DNA of 64,000 nucleotides, from positions 34,064-98,063 of the forward strand of contig PLPK01000011.1 in assembly GCA_003159795.1 (NCBI GenBank), given 5' to 3'. Positions 51,960 to 61,016 of this stretch are shown one piece after another. Position 1 is the first letter of the stretch; every line of letters starts with the position of its first letter. The notes under the pieces are model-generated. The model was not told the origin of the DNA and made no database searches. It was given only the letters and a program-made list of their open reading frames with translations. This DNA comes from Acidimicrobiaceae bacterium. Its GTDB lineage: Bacteria > Actinomycetota > Acidimicrobiia > Acidimicrobiales > Bog-793. The translations under genes were made by a program, and so were the position numbers.

Positions 51960-54575
51960 GTGACCACCATCATGAACCCGGCGAACTACCGCCTCCCCCG
52001 CCACGTCGTCCCCCGGCGCTACGACCTCGAACTCGTCCCGGACTTCGCCTCCCTTACCTTTGGGGGCACCGAGGCCGTCGAGCTTGAGGTGCTCGACGCG
52101 GCGGACGAGCTCATCTTGAACGCCAATGAACTCACGATCAGCGAGGCGACGATCACCCCGGGTTGGGCGACGGCTCGCGCGGCCGGCGAACCGACGCCGC
52201 TCGCTTTATCGCTCGAGGCCGGGACCGAGCGCGTGCGCTTCGCTCCCCCCGCCACCCTGCCACCCGGGCGCTACACCCTTGCCTGCCGGTTCGCCGGCAC
52301 GCTCAACGACCGGCTCGCTGGTTTCTACCGCAGCCGCTTCGTCGACGACGAGGGCCACGAGCACACGATCGCCACAACACAGTTCGAGGAGACGGACGCC
52401 CGCAAGGCCTTCCCGTGCTTCGACGAGCCGGACCTGAAGGCGGTCTTCGGCGTGACGCTCGTCGCCCCGCCGGGAATGCTCGCCGTCTCGAACGGTCCCG
52501 AGGTGTCCGTCGAGACGCTCGAGGACGGAGCCCACCGGGTCCGGTTCGCCGACACGATCCCGATGTCGACCTACCTCGTCGCCTTCATCGTCGGCCCCCT
52601 CGAGGCGACGACCCCGGTCGACGTCGACGGGACTGCGCTGCGGGTCGTCACCGTGCCCGGCAAGGGCCACCTCACGTCCATCGCCATCGAGGTCGCCTCG
52701 CACGCGCTGCGCTACTACCACCAGTACTTCGCGATCCCGTACCCCGGAGACAAGCTCGACCTCGTCGCGATCCCGGACTTCGCGAGCGGCGCGATGGAGA
52801 ACCTCGGCTGCGTCACTTTCCGCGAGGCCGAGCTCCTCGCCGACCCGGCCGACACGGCGAAGCCGGAGATGCACCGGATCGCCGAGGTCATCGAGCATGA
52901 ACTCGCTCACATGTGGTTCGGGGACCTCGTCACATTGCGGTGGTGGAACGGCGTCTGGCTGAACGAGGCGTTCGCGACCTTCATGGCACTGCGGTGCCAG
53001 GACGATTTCCACCCGGAATGGGAGTGTTTCGTCGCCTTCGCGCGCCTGCGGGAGTTCGCGCGTTTCGTCGACGGTCTGCCCTCGACCCGGGCGATCGAGT
53101 TCCCAGTCGTCACGCCCGAAGAGGCCGCGGCGATGTTCGACGTACCGATCACCTACATCAAGGGCCCGGCCGTCCTCTGGATGATCGAGCAGTACATCGG
53201 CCACGATCGGTTCCGCGACGGTGTGCGCCGCTACCTCACGGCGAACGCGTACGGCAACGCCGAGACGACCGACCTGTGGGACGCCCTCGAGGCGGAGAAC
53301 CCCGACGTGCCCCTGCGCGCCGTGATGGACTCCTGGGTCTTCCAGAGCGGCTACCCGATCGTCGCCGCGACCACGCCTTCGGCCGGGGGCGGCGCCGTCG
53401 AGCTCACCCAGGAGCGGTTCTCGTACCTCCCGGCCGGGGAGGGCACGGACCCCGCGACGAGGCCCCGCTGGCTCGTCCCGATCCTCGCCGCGCCCGTCGG
53501 CAACCGGAGCGAGGTCACCCGCCTGCTGCTCTCCGACACGCCATTGCGACTGGCGGGGGGCACCTCGCCGCTCCTCGTCAACGCCGGCGGCACCGGCTTT
53601 TACCGTGTCGGGCACGACGCGGCCCTGTGCGCTTTGCTGCTCGAGCACCTCGGGCAGCTCGACCCGATCGAACGCCTCGGGCTAGCCGGCGACCTGTGGG
53701 CCGCCGTGCTCGCCGGAGTGACGGGGCTCGGCGAGTTCCTCGCCTCCCTCGCCCACTTCGCCGGCGAGGACGACCCCTACATCTGGACGGTCCTGACGAC
53801 CGCACTGCGGACGATCGATCTCGTCGCGCCCCAAGAGGACCGAGCGCTCCTCGGCAGCCACACGAGGTCGCTGCTGGCGCCGGAGCTCGCCCGCCTCGGG
53901 TGGGAGCCGTCCCCCGGCGAGGGCGAAAAGGCCCCGGTCCTGCGGGCAACGCTCATCTCGGCGCTCGGCACCTTCGGCGAGGACGAGGGCGTGCTGGCAA
54001 GGGCCCGCGAGCTCTTCGCGGCCGACCAGTCCGGCACCCGGGAGCTCGACGCCGACATCGCCGGCGCGGTCCTCGCCACCGTCGCCTGGCACGCCCGGCG
54101 GGAGGACTTCGACGGGATCGTCGGCAGGAGTCGCCATCCCCGGTCCCCCCTCGACGAGCGCCGCTTCCGTGGCGCCCTCGCCTCCCTCACCGATCCCGGA
54201 TACGCCTCCGAGGTCCACGAGCTGTGCCGCGGGGAGATGCGCAGCCAGGACGCGCCGTACCTGCTCTCCGTCATGCTCGGCCAGCGCGCGATCGGGCCGG
54301 TGACCTGGGAGTTCATCTCGTCTAACTACGAGGAGCTCGCCGGGCGGTACCCGGAGAACTCGCTCTACCGGATGCTCGAGGGGATGGCGGGCCTCGCCGA
54401 GCTCGATGACGAGGGCCGGCCCGTCTACACCGGGGCCGTGCGCTCGTTCGTCGAAGCGACGTTCTCCGGCGGCCAGAAGCGGCTCCTCGACCAGACTGTC
54501 GAGCACCTCGAGGTGAACGTACGCCTCGCGACGACAGCCCGCACGACGTTGCGCGCGCTCCTGTCGCGCCCGTGA
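51960..54575 (+). CDS. pepN: aminopeptidase N (M1 family)
   Basis: GAMENLG exopeptidase motif, HELAHMWFGDLVT...WLNEAFA (HEXXH-18-E), and an ERAP1-like C-terminal domain. Confidence 0.92.
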   Translation: MTTIMNPANYRLPRHVVPRRYDLELVPDFASLTFGGTEAVELEVLDAADELILNANELTISEATITPGWATARAAGEPTPLALSLEAGTERVRFAPPATLPPGRYTLACRFAGTLNDRLAGFYRSRFVDDEGHEHTIATTQFEETDARKAFPCFDEPDLKAVFGVTLVAPPGMLAVSNGPEVSVETLEDGAHRVRFADTIPMSTYLVAFIVGPLEATTPVDVDGTALRVVTVPGKGHLTSIAIEVASHALRYYHQYFAIPYPGDKLDLVAIPDFASGAMENLGCVTFREAELLADPADTAKPEMHRIAEVIEHELAHMWFGDLVTLRWWNGVWLNEAFATFMALRCQDDFHPEWECFVAFARLREFARFVDGLPSTRAIEFPVVTPEEAAAMFDVPITYIKGPAVLWMIEQYIGHDRFRDGVRRYLTANAYGNAETTDLWDALEAENPDVPLRAVMDSWVFQSGYPIVAATTPSAGGGAVELTQERFSYLPAGEGTDPATRPRWLVPILAAPVGNRSEVTRLLLSDTPLRLAGGTSPLLVNAGGTGFYRVGHDAALCALLLEHLGQLDPIERLGLAGDLWAAVLAGVTGLGEFLASLAHFAGEDDPYIWTVLTTALRTIDLVAPQEDRALLGSHTRSLLAPELARLGWEPSPGEGEKAPVLRATLISALGTFGEDEGVLARARELFAADQSGTRELDADIAGAVLATVAWHARREDFDGIVGRSRHPRSPLDERRFRGALASLTDPGYASEVHELCRGEMRSQDAPYLLSVMLGQRAIGPVTWEFISSNYEELAGRYPENSLYRMLEGMAGLAELDDEGRPVYTGAVRSFVEATFSGGQKRLLDQTVEHLEVNVRLATTARTTLRALLSRP

Positions 54576-54582
54576 CGCATCG

Positions 54583-55227
54583 GTGAATCTCGGACTCGCG
54601 GCGGCGACCTTCGCCGTCGTGATCCCGGCGGAGCTGCCGGACAAGACCTTCATCTCCGCTGTCGTGCTCTCCTCGAGGCACCGGCCGCTCCCCGTGTGGC
54701 TCGGAGCGGCGACCGGCCTCGTCGCCCAGGCCGGCGTCGCCGTCGCCGCCGGCCGGCTCCTCGGGCTGGCACCGCACCGCGTCGTCGCCGCCATCGTCGC
54801 CGGGCTGTTCTTCGCCGGTGCCGCCTTCCTCTTTCTCGCCAAGGGCGCCGCCGTCGAGAGCCGCGGCGGCGAGATCGCCCGGGACGAGGAACGGCTCCTC
54901 ACGGCGGGCGACGACAACAGCCAGGCGGAGGTCCGGCCACACCGTCTTTCCGGGGCGCGGATCGCCGCCATCACCTTCGTGGTGGTCGCCCTCGCCGAGT
55001 TCGGCGACCTCACCCAGGTCGTGATCGCCAACCTCTCGGCGAGATCGCGAGACCCGCTCAGCGTGTTCTGCGGCGCGGCACTCGCCTTCGTCGTCGTGAG
55101 CGGCATCGGCGTCGCCGCCGGAAGGACGATCACGCGGGTGGTACCCCTCGACGCCGTCCGCAAGCTCTCCGCCCTGGTGCTCGTCGGCCTCGGCGTCTGG
55201 AGCGCCGTCGCGGCGGGCACGGGGTGA
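54583..55227 (+). CDS. UPF0016/GDT1 (TMEM165) family cation transporter
   Basis: Two copies of the family motif (ELPDKTFI and EFGDLTQV), each opening a three-TM half. GTG start 7 nt after the pepN stop. Confidence 0.8.
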   Translation: MNLGLAAATFAVVIPAELPDKTFISAVVLSSRHRPLPVWLGAATGLVAQAGVAVAAGRLLGLAPHRVVAAIVAGLFFAGAAFLFLAKGAAVESRGGEIARDEERLLTAGDDNSQAEVRPHRLSGARIAAITFVVVALAEFGDLTQVVIANLSARSRDPLSVFCGAALAFVVVSGIGVAAGRTITRVVPLDAVRKLSALVLVGLGVWSAVAAGTG

Positions 55228-55931
55228 CCGCCACCGATTTCCCCGCCGGCGGGCAGCCGCCGGACGGGCACGCCGAGCGGTCGGCGGCGCTGCTCGGCGC
55301 GGCGCTGACGACGAGGGGGTTCCTGCCCGACGACGAGGCGATGGCCTTGTACGCCGTCGCGGTCCGTGCGGCTGCGAGCGCTTGCGGACCCCTCGTGGAG
55401 ATCGGCGCCTATCTCGGCCGGTCGACGCTCTGTCTCGCCGCGGCCCTCGCCGCCGTCGACACAGCCGGTCCCGTCGTCTACAGCGTCGACCACCACCACG
55501 GGTCCGAGGAGATGCAGGCCGGTTGGCCCGATCACGACCCCTCGCTCGTCGACCCGGGAACCGGCCGGATGGATTCGCTGGCGGCCTGGCGCGAGGCGAT
55601 CGAACGGGCGGGGGCGGAGGATCTCGTCGTCGCGGTGGTCGGCGACTCGGCACGCGTCGCCGCCAACTGGTCGACTCGCGCCGCCCTCGTCTTCGTCGAC
55701 GGCGGCCACGGCGCCGTCCCCTGCTGGGCGGACTACCGGGGCTGGGCCCGCCACGTGGTGGTGGGGGGCTTCCTCGTCTTCCACGACGTTTTCGCCGATC
55801 CCACCCAGGGCGGGCGACCGCCCTACGAGTGCTACCTCGACGCCCTCGGCTCGGGCCGCTTCACCGAGGACGCCGCGGCGGGTTGGGGCAGCCTGCGGGT
55901 GCTCGTCCGCACATCGCTGCCGTGGGGCTGA
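55224..55931 (+). CDS. class I SAM-dependent methyltransferase (Methyltransf_24 / family-3 O-MT-like)
   Basis: LVEIGAYLGRSTLCLAAAL...LVFVDGGH...GGFLVFHDV is the typical layout. The GTG at 55224 overlaps the upstream stop (GTGA). It forms the tail of the implausible 411-aa track ORF 54696..55931. Confidence 0.75.
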   Translation: MTATDFPAGGQPPDGHAERSAALLGAALTTRGFLPDDEAMALYAVAVRAAASACGPLVEIGAYLGRSTLCLAAALAAVDTAGPVVYSVDHHHGSEEMQAGWPDHDPSLVDPGTGRMDSLAAWREAIERAGAEDLVVAVVGDSARVAANWSTRAALVFVDGGHGAVPCWADYRGWARHVVVGGFLVFHDVFADPTQGGRPPYECYLDALGSGRFTEDAAAGWGSLRVLVRTSLPWG

Positions 55932-55946
55932 GAGCCCGCCGACGCG

Positions 55947-56960
55947 TCAGCCCAGGGGGGTGAAGATGGCCGCGGCGGCGCCCCCGGCGAGCACGTCGGC
56001 CGCCAGCACGACCGCCGCCGCCGAGTACGTCGTGCGCTCGCCGGCGGGGAACTCGGACCGCTCCGGGTAGACGAGGCCCGTCCGGTACGAGCCGTCGTCG
56101 CTGCGCAGGTCGTCCGTCGTCGCCAGTAGCGCCCAGGCCTTTTCGCGCCAGCCGACCCGGGCGAGCGCGACGGCGCACTCGGCGGTCTCGGCCGTGGTCA
56201 CCCAGCGCCTGTCCGAGCGGCACAGCACCCCGCGGGTCGGCGGGACGAACTCCCGGCGGCGTTGCGCCAGGCGCTTCCGGGCGGCGTCGAGTCCGAGCAC
56301 CCCGGCGAGGGCCGGGTAGTACCAGTCCATCGCGAACTGCGAGTTGTCGGCGAAGAACGTCTCGCGCTCGGCGACGAGCCGGCCGACACGGGCGGCGGCG
56401 GCCTCCCACCCGGGGCGCTCGAGGCCGAGCGAGGCCGCGAGGCGGACGCCCGACGACAGGCTCTGGTAGATCGACGAGCTCGCCGCCAGGAGCGAGAACG
56501 CAGCGGGGCACCCACCGGGCTCGATGGACCACGGGATCGCGCCGCTCGGCGCCGTTGTCGCCACGACGAAGCCGAGGGCGCGCTCGACCACGGCGAACAT
56601 CTCCCCGGCGAAACCGGCGTCGCCCCCCGCCAGGAGGTACTCGAGGACACCGGTCGCGACGTAGGCGACGCCGTTCGTGTCGATGCGCCGCTCCTCGACG
56701 CATCCGTCACCCGAGTAGTAGGCGTGCCAACTCCCGTCGGCGCGCTGTGTGCAGGCGAGCCACTCGAGGGCCGCCTCCGCGGCGGCCAGCTCGCCCGCCG
56801 AGCACAGCGCCATTGCCGCCTCGACGTGGTTCCACGGGTCGGCGTGGCCGCCCGGGAACCACGGGATCATGCCGGAATCGAGCTGGGTCGCGAGGATCGT
56901 GGCAACAGTCGGCCCCACATCGACGAGGTCGACCGCCTCCTCGGCGAGCACGTCCGCCAT
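55947..56960 (-). CDS. alpha/alpha-toroid protein (prenyltransferase/terpene-cyclase-like repeats)
   Basis: It has DGSW/DGSY-type repeats (TQRADGSWHAYY, SDDGSYRTG) and a helical-repeat character. The ATG at 56960 overlaps the upstream methyltransferase stop (ATGA). The remainder of track ORF 55947..58013 is an out-of-frame extension. Confidence 0.7.
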   Translation of the reverse strand: MADVLAEEAVDLVDVGPTVATILATQLDSGMIPWFPGGHADPWNHVEAAMALCSAGELAAAEAALEWLACTQRADGSWHAYYSGDGCVEERRIDTNGVAYVATGVLEYLLAGGDAGFAGEMFAVVERALGFVVATTAPSGAIPWSIEPGGCPAAFSLLAASSSIYQSLSSGVRLAASLGLERPGWEAAAARVGRLVAERETFFADNSQFAMDWYYPALAGVLGLDAARKRLAQRRREFVPPTRGVLCRSDRRWVTTAETAECAVALARVGWREKAWALLATTDDLRSDDGSYRTGLVYPERSEFPAGERTTYSAAAVVLAADVLAGGAAAAIFTPLG

Positions 56961-57673
56961 CAGGCGGCCTTCTCGGCGTAGAGGACGAGGCTCTTGCCGA
57001 TGAGCGGGTTGAGCATCCGCTCGACGGCACGCGTCACAAAAGGACGCCGCGTGATGTCCCAGACGAGCAGACGGTGGTAGGCCGCGACGAGCGGATGTTC
57101 CTCGCGGTCCACGCCGATGGCGCAGCGCAGCAACCAGTACGGCGAGTGGAGGGCGTGGGCATGGTGCGATGCGACCACCACCAGACCGGCGTGCTCGCAC
57201 CGCCGGACGAGCTCGCGTTTGGCGTAGATGCGGACATGCCCGCCCTCGACCTCGTGGTAGGCGGCCGACAGTGCCCAGTTCGCCCGCTCGGGACCGGCGG
57301 CCGGGACGCTCAGTGCCGCCAGTCCACCGGGCCGCAGCACCCGCGCGACCTCGGCGATCGCCGCCTCGTCGTCGACGACGTGCTCGAGCACCTCCGAGGC
57401 GATCACCCGGTCGAAACTCGAGTCGGCGAACGGGAGACAGGTCAGGTCGCCGACCACGCCGCCTGAGCGCGTGCCCGGCGGCACCTCGCCGGCGCCGCGC
57501 ATCGCGCCCACCATGGCCCCGACGGCGTCGATCTCGGACCGTTGCGCGTCGAGCGAGACGACGTGGGCACCGGCCTTCAGGCAGGCGAAGGTGTGGCGCC
57601 CGTGCCCGCACCCCACGTCGAGCACGCACATCCCCGGGACGATCGCCGCCCGGCCGAGGTCGACGGTCAGCAC
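56960..57673 (-). CDS. class I SAM-dependent methyltransferase
   Basis: Motif I VLDVGCGHGRH, post-I VVSLD, and FDRVIASEVLEHV. The GTG start overlaps the GT4 gene's 3' end by 7 nt. Confidence 0.85.
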   Translation of the reverse strand: MLTVDLGRAAIVPGMCVLDVGCGHGRHTFACLKAGAHVVSLDAQRSEIDAVGAMVGAMRGAGEVPPGTRSGGVVGDLTCLPFADSSFDRVIASEVLEHVVDDEAAIAEVARVLRPGGLAALSVPAAGPERANWALSAAYHEVEGGHVRIYAKRELVRRCEHAGLVVVASHHAHALHSPYWLLRCAIGVDREEHPLVAAYHRLLVWDITRRPFVTRAVERMLNPLIGKSLVLYAEKAA

Positions 57674-58929
57674 CGCTGCTCCCCGATGCCGGCCCGGTAC
57701 TCCCCGGCGGTCGCCGCCGCGACTCGGTCCCAGCCGAAGCGGGCGAGCCCGGGCCCGTCGAGGATCCGGGCGACGGCGGCGGCGAGGGCGCCGGGGTCAC
57801 CCGGCGGGACGGCGAGCGCGGCGACGCCGTCGGGGCCGACGACCTCGGGCAGTGCGCCACCGGTCGTCGCGACGAGCGGCACGCCGCACGCCATCGCCTC
57901 GATGGCCGGGAGCGAGAAGCCCTCGTAGAGCGAAGGGACCACGGCGACGCAGGCCTCCGCATAGCGCTCGGCGAGACGGCGGTCGGGCTCGCCCCCGACG
58001 AAGCGCACCGCACTTTCCAGCCCGAAGCGCGCGATGGCCGCCGTCACCGGGCTCGCGCCACGGGGTTGCCCGACGACGACGAGGTGGGCGTCCTCGCGCT
58101 CGGTGCGGAGCTTGGCGAGCGCCTCGAGCAGGTAGACGAGCCCCTTGAGCGGCACGTCGGCGCTCGCTGTCGTCATGATCCGTCCCGGGACCCGGTGGAC
58201 GCCGGCGAACGGGCGCCAGCAGGCGGTGTCGACCCCGAGCGGGATGACGGCGATCCTGTCCGGCGCGACGCCCATCTCCTTGACGATGTCGCGCCGCGAG
58301 GACTCCGAGACGGTAATGACGCGCCCGAGCCGGCCCGCGACCCGGTTCTGCATCGCCGCGAACCCGTACCAGCGTCGCAGCGAGACGGCCCGCGCCGTTC
58401 CCCGCGCCGCCGCGAGGTCGAGTCGGCGGTCGATCGTGACGGGGTGATGGATCGAGGCGACGATCGGCCAGCCCTCGGCCTGCATGCGAAGCAGCCCCGT
58501 GCCGAGGCCCTGGTTGTCGTGCACGACGTCAAACTCATCCCGGCGCCCCGCGAGCGCCGCCCGCGCCCGCCACGAGAAGGTCCGCGGCTCGGCGAAGCCC
58601 CCGGTCCACATCGTCGCCAGCTCGAGGGCGTCGACGGCCGAGGTGATCTCACGGGCCCGCGGGCGGCGGAACGGGTCCGGCTCCCGGTACAGGTCCAGGC
58701 TCGCAACCGGCGTGAAGTCCACGCCCGCGTCGAGCTCCGGGTACGGCTGGCCAGCGAACACCGTCACGCGGTGGCCCGCCGCGACGAGGGCGCGCGAAAG
58801 GTGCCGTGTGTAGACCCCCTGCCCGCCACAGCGCGGGTTGCCCCGGTAGACAAGGAAGGCGACCCGCAGGGAACCGCTATCGGTGCCGGCGCGACCCGAC
58901 GCCCGTGCGGGTGGGTGGCCGGACGTCAC
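57667..58929 (-). CDS. GT4-family glycosyltransferase
   Basis: RVAFLVYRGNPRCGGQGVYTRHL at the N-terminus and a C-terminal GT1 domain (PSLYEGFSLPAIEAMACGVPLVAT). I preferred the GTG at 58929, 9 nt after GGGGGAGG. The ORF is open to 58971. Confidence 0.85.
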   Translation of the reverse strand: MTSGHPPARASGRAGTDSGSLRVAFLVYRGNPRCGGQGVYTRHLSRALVAAGHRVTVFAGQPYPELDAGVDFTPVASLDLYREPDPFRRPRAREITSAVDALELATMWTGGFAEPRTFSWRARAALAGRRDEFDVVHDNQGLGTGLLRMQAEGWPIVASIHHPVTIDRRLDLAAARGTARAVSLRRWYGFAAMQNRVAGRLGRVITVSESSRRDIVKEMGVAPDRIAVIPLGVDTACWRPFAGVHRVPGRIMTTASADVPLKGLVYLLEALAKLRTEREDAHLVVVGQPRGASPVTAAIARFGLESAVRFVGGEPDRRLAERYAEACVAVVPSLYEGFSLPAIEAMACGVPLVATTGGALPEVVGPDGVAALAVPPGDPGALAAAVARILDGPGLARFGWDRVAAATAGEYRAGIGEQRC

Positions 58930-58975
58930 CGGGCAAGCCTCCCCCGCCGGCGCTCGCCGGGCAACCGGCACGTCC

Positions 58976-60619
58976 TCAATGCTGACCGAGGCCGAGCTCG
59001 ACCGCCTTCACAACCAGGAGCCCGACCGCGATGGCGAGGTAGCCCCACATCGCCACCATCGTCGCCTTGCGTCCCCGCGAGAGCACCGGCGGGGCGAGCA
59101 GCGTCAGGAGAGGCATCCGCCAGTTCTCGCGCTGGGCCGGCGTCGGGGGCGGCTCGTCCGGGTACTCACGGCGGGAACGGACGCGCCAGCCGAGCACGGC
59201 GGCGACGAGCCCGCCCCCGACGAGCACGGCACCGAGGAGCGAGATGACGAACATCACGTTGATGTGCGGGAAGACGGTCGTCGTCATCAAGATGAGCGAG
59301 AGAGCGACGAGCACCGAGACAATCAGGCCGGCAACCACGTTCAGCCAGAGCTTGTTGACCCAGGGACCGAGCACCTCGCGGTCATTACAGAGCAGCACGA
59401 GGAAGACCGTCGCGCTCGGGAGCAGCACGCCCGCCAGCGCCTGGACCGCCATCGTGATGAGCCCGAGGGGGGCGCGCGGGATGAGCACGACCCCCGCGGC
59501 GACGAAGACGAGCGCCGAGTAGGTCGTGTAGAAGGCTTTCGCGTCGGCCACGCGGCGGTGCAGCGAGTGCTTCATCGAAAACATGTCGCCGACGGCGTAC
59601 GACGTCGCCAGGGTCACCGCCGCGGCGCCGATGATCGAGGCGTTGAGCAGCACGATCGAGAACAGTGTCCCGGCGCTGTTGCCGAGGTAGTGCTCGAGAC
59701 CCCGGGCGACCCCCGCGGCGTTCGTGAAGTGGCCCGCCAGCGGCGTGTGCCCGAAGGCGAAGGCCGCCGTGACGACGATGAGGGTCGCGGCGAAGACCGT
59801 GACGAGCGAGCCGAGGATGGTGTCAGTGCGCTCGTAGTTGATCCAGCGCGGCGTGATCCGCTTGTCGACGATGTTCGACTGCTGGAAGAACAGCTGCCAG
59901 GGCGCGACGGTCGTGCCGACGATGGCGATGATGAGCAGGATCGCCGTCGAGCTCACCCCGCCCCGCACTCCGGGGATGAGCAGCCCGTGGACGACCGGGC
60001 CGATGTGGGGGTGCGAGAAGACGACGAGCGGGATGACGAGGAAGTTCGCCACGACGAACAGCAGCATGAAACGTTCCCAGCGCCGGAAGCTCCCCGACGT
60101 CGTCATCGCCACGAGGCCGACCGCCGCGATCGGCACCGAGATGTACGGACTCACACCGAAGTAGCCGAGCGCCAGGCTGATCCCGATGAACTCGGTCACG
60201 ATGGTTAAGAAGTTGAGGACGAACAGGTCTCCGACCGAGAACGCCCCCCAGAACCGACCGAAGCGCTCGTTGATGAGGCGGGCGTGCCCGACGCCGGTCA
60301 CCGCGCCGAGCCGGACGACCATCTCCTGGTTGACGATGAGCACGGGGATGAGGAGCGGCAGGGTCCACAGCAGTGTGAGCCCGAAGTTCTGCCCGGCCTG
60401 CGCGTACGTCGCGACGCCACCAGCGTCGTTGTCGCCGACCATGACGATGAGGCCGGGACCGACGATCGCGGCCAGCGTGAGCAGGCGCGAGAGAACCGAC
60501 CGGCGTGCGCCGGTGTCACCGACACTGATCGTGCCGAGGGCACCCCGGATGTCTCCGATGTGCGCCTCGTCGAGGACGGCGGACCTGCCCTCTTCGTATG
60601 CATGGTCGCGACTGGCCAT
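58976..60619 (-). CDS. NRAMP-related transporter with NRMT-type (putative Mg2+) binding-site residues
   Basis: NRAMP fold. TM1 reads VGDNDAGGVATYAQAG where canonical MntH has DPGN. TM6 reads IVGTTVAPWQLFF where canonical has GATVMPH. The result is D/G/T/A instead of D/N/A/M. The ATG at 60619 lies 8 nt after GGGAGG. An M-box lies upstream. Confidence 0.85.
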   Translation of the reverse strand: MASRDHAYEEGRSAVLDEAHIGDIRGALGTISVGDTGARRSVLSRLLTLAAIVGPGLIVMVGDNDAGGVATYAQAGQNFGLTLLWTLPLLIPVLIVNQEMVVRLGAVTGVGHARLINERFGRFWGAFSVGDLFVLNFLTIVTEFIGISLALGYFGVSPYISVPIAAVGLVAMTTSGSFRRWERFMLLFVVANFLVIPLVVFSHPHIGPVVHGLLIPGVRGGVSSTAILLIIAIVGTTVAPWQLFFQQSNIVDKRITPRWINYERTDTILGSLVTVFAATLIVVTAAFAFGHTPLAGHFTNAAGVARGLEHYLGNSAGTLFSIVLLNASIIGAAAVTLATSYAVGDMFSMKHSLHRRVADAKAFYTTYSALVFVAAGVVLIPRAPLGLITMAVQALAGVLLPSATVFLVLLCNDREVLGPWVNKLWLNVVAGLIVSVLVALSLILMTTTVFPHINVMFVISLLGAVLVGGGLVAAVLGWRVRSRREYPDEPPPTPAQRENWRMPLLTLLAPPVLSRGRKATMVAMWGYLAIAVGLLVVKAVELGLGQH

Positions 60620-60858
60620 GCTCGATCGACCTCCCGCAGATTCGGGTTTGGCGGACGTTGCTTTCTGGTCGCGCACGTCCGCGGGCGGCCGGTCCGGATC
60701 ACCGAACCCTTCGGTTCACCTCGTCAGAGACGTGCGCCTTCTTCGTTCAGACGAACGTTTATCGGCGCTCAGGGGTTCTCCCTAGTCGTGCCCAAGCTCC
60801 AGTCGGCGTGGGTGGAGTCCGTTGGGCACGGACCGCCGCGGCGAACGCCCCGGCGCAC

Positions 60859-61016
60859 CCCTCTCGTCAGAGCTTTGGCGCCCGCCGCCGTAGGCCCGAG
60901 GGCCAGCCACTTCGGACGATCCCTTGTGCCGGGAAAGTCTGTCCTGACCCGGAGTGTCTTTCGACAGGTGGGGTCAGTGGCCTCTGTGCGACGAGCCGCC
61001 TCACCGAACGAGGTGC
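60859..61016 (-). promoter_or_regulatory. M-box (ykoK-type) Mg2+-sensing riboswitch aptamer
   Basis: The minus strand reads CUCGUUCGGUGAGGC...GUCGAAAGACACUCCGGGUCAGGACAG...CAAGGGAU...GCCAAAGCUCUGACGAG. These blocks parallel the conserved M-box blocks CGUUAGGUGAGGC, GUCCAAAGACGCUAAUGGGUCAACAG, AAGGUGAU and GCUAAAGCUCUACGA. P1 closes as CUCGU/ACGAG. The aptamer is about 158 nt and lies about 240 nt upstream of the transporter ATG. A TANNNT hexamer (TAACAT, 61033-61038) sits just upstream. Confidence 0.8.

Noticed and set aside
54576-54582. Expected yybP-ykoY (Mn2+) riboswitch in front of the UPF0016/GDT1 transporter
   Set aside because: Only 7 nt separate pepN from the transporter start, which leaves no room for a riboswitch.
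53682-55784. 700-aa minus-strand ORF, plus the overlapping 443-aa ORF at 54322..55653
   Set aside because: They are antisense to pepN, the GDT1 transporter and the methyltransferase, all of which carry clear motifs. The sequence is low-complexity and Arg/Pro/Ala-rich.
57169-59247. 692-aa plus-strand ORF
   Set aside because: It is antisense to the methyltransferase, the GT4 gene and the transporter 3' end, and is extremely Arg/Pro-rich (RRRRR runs).
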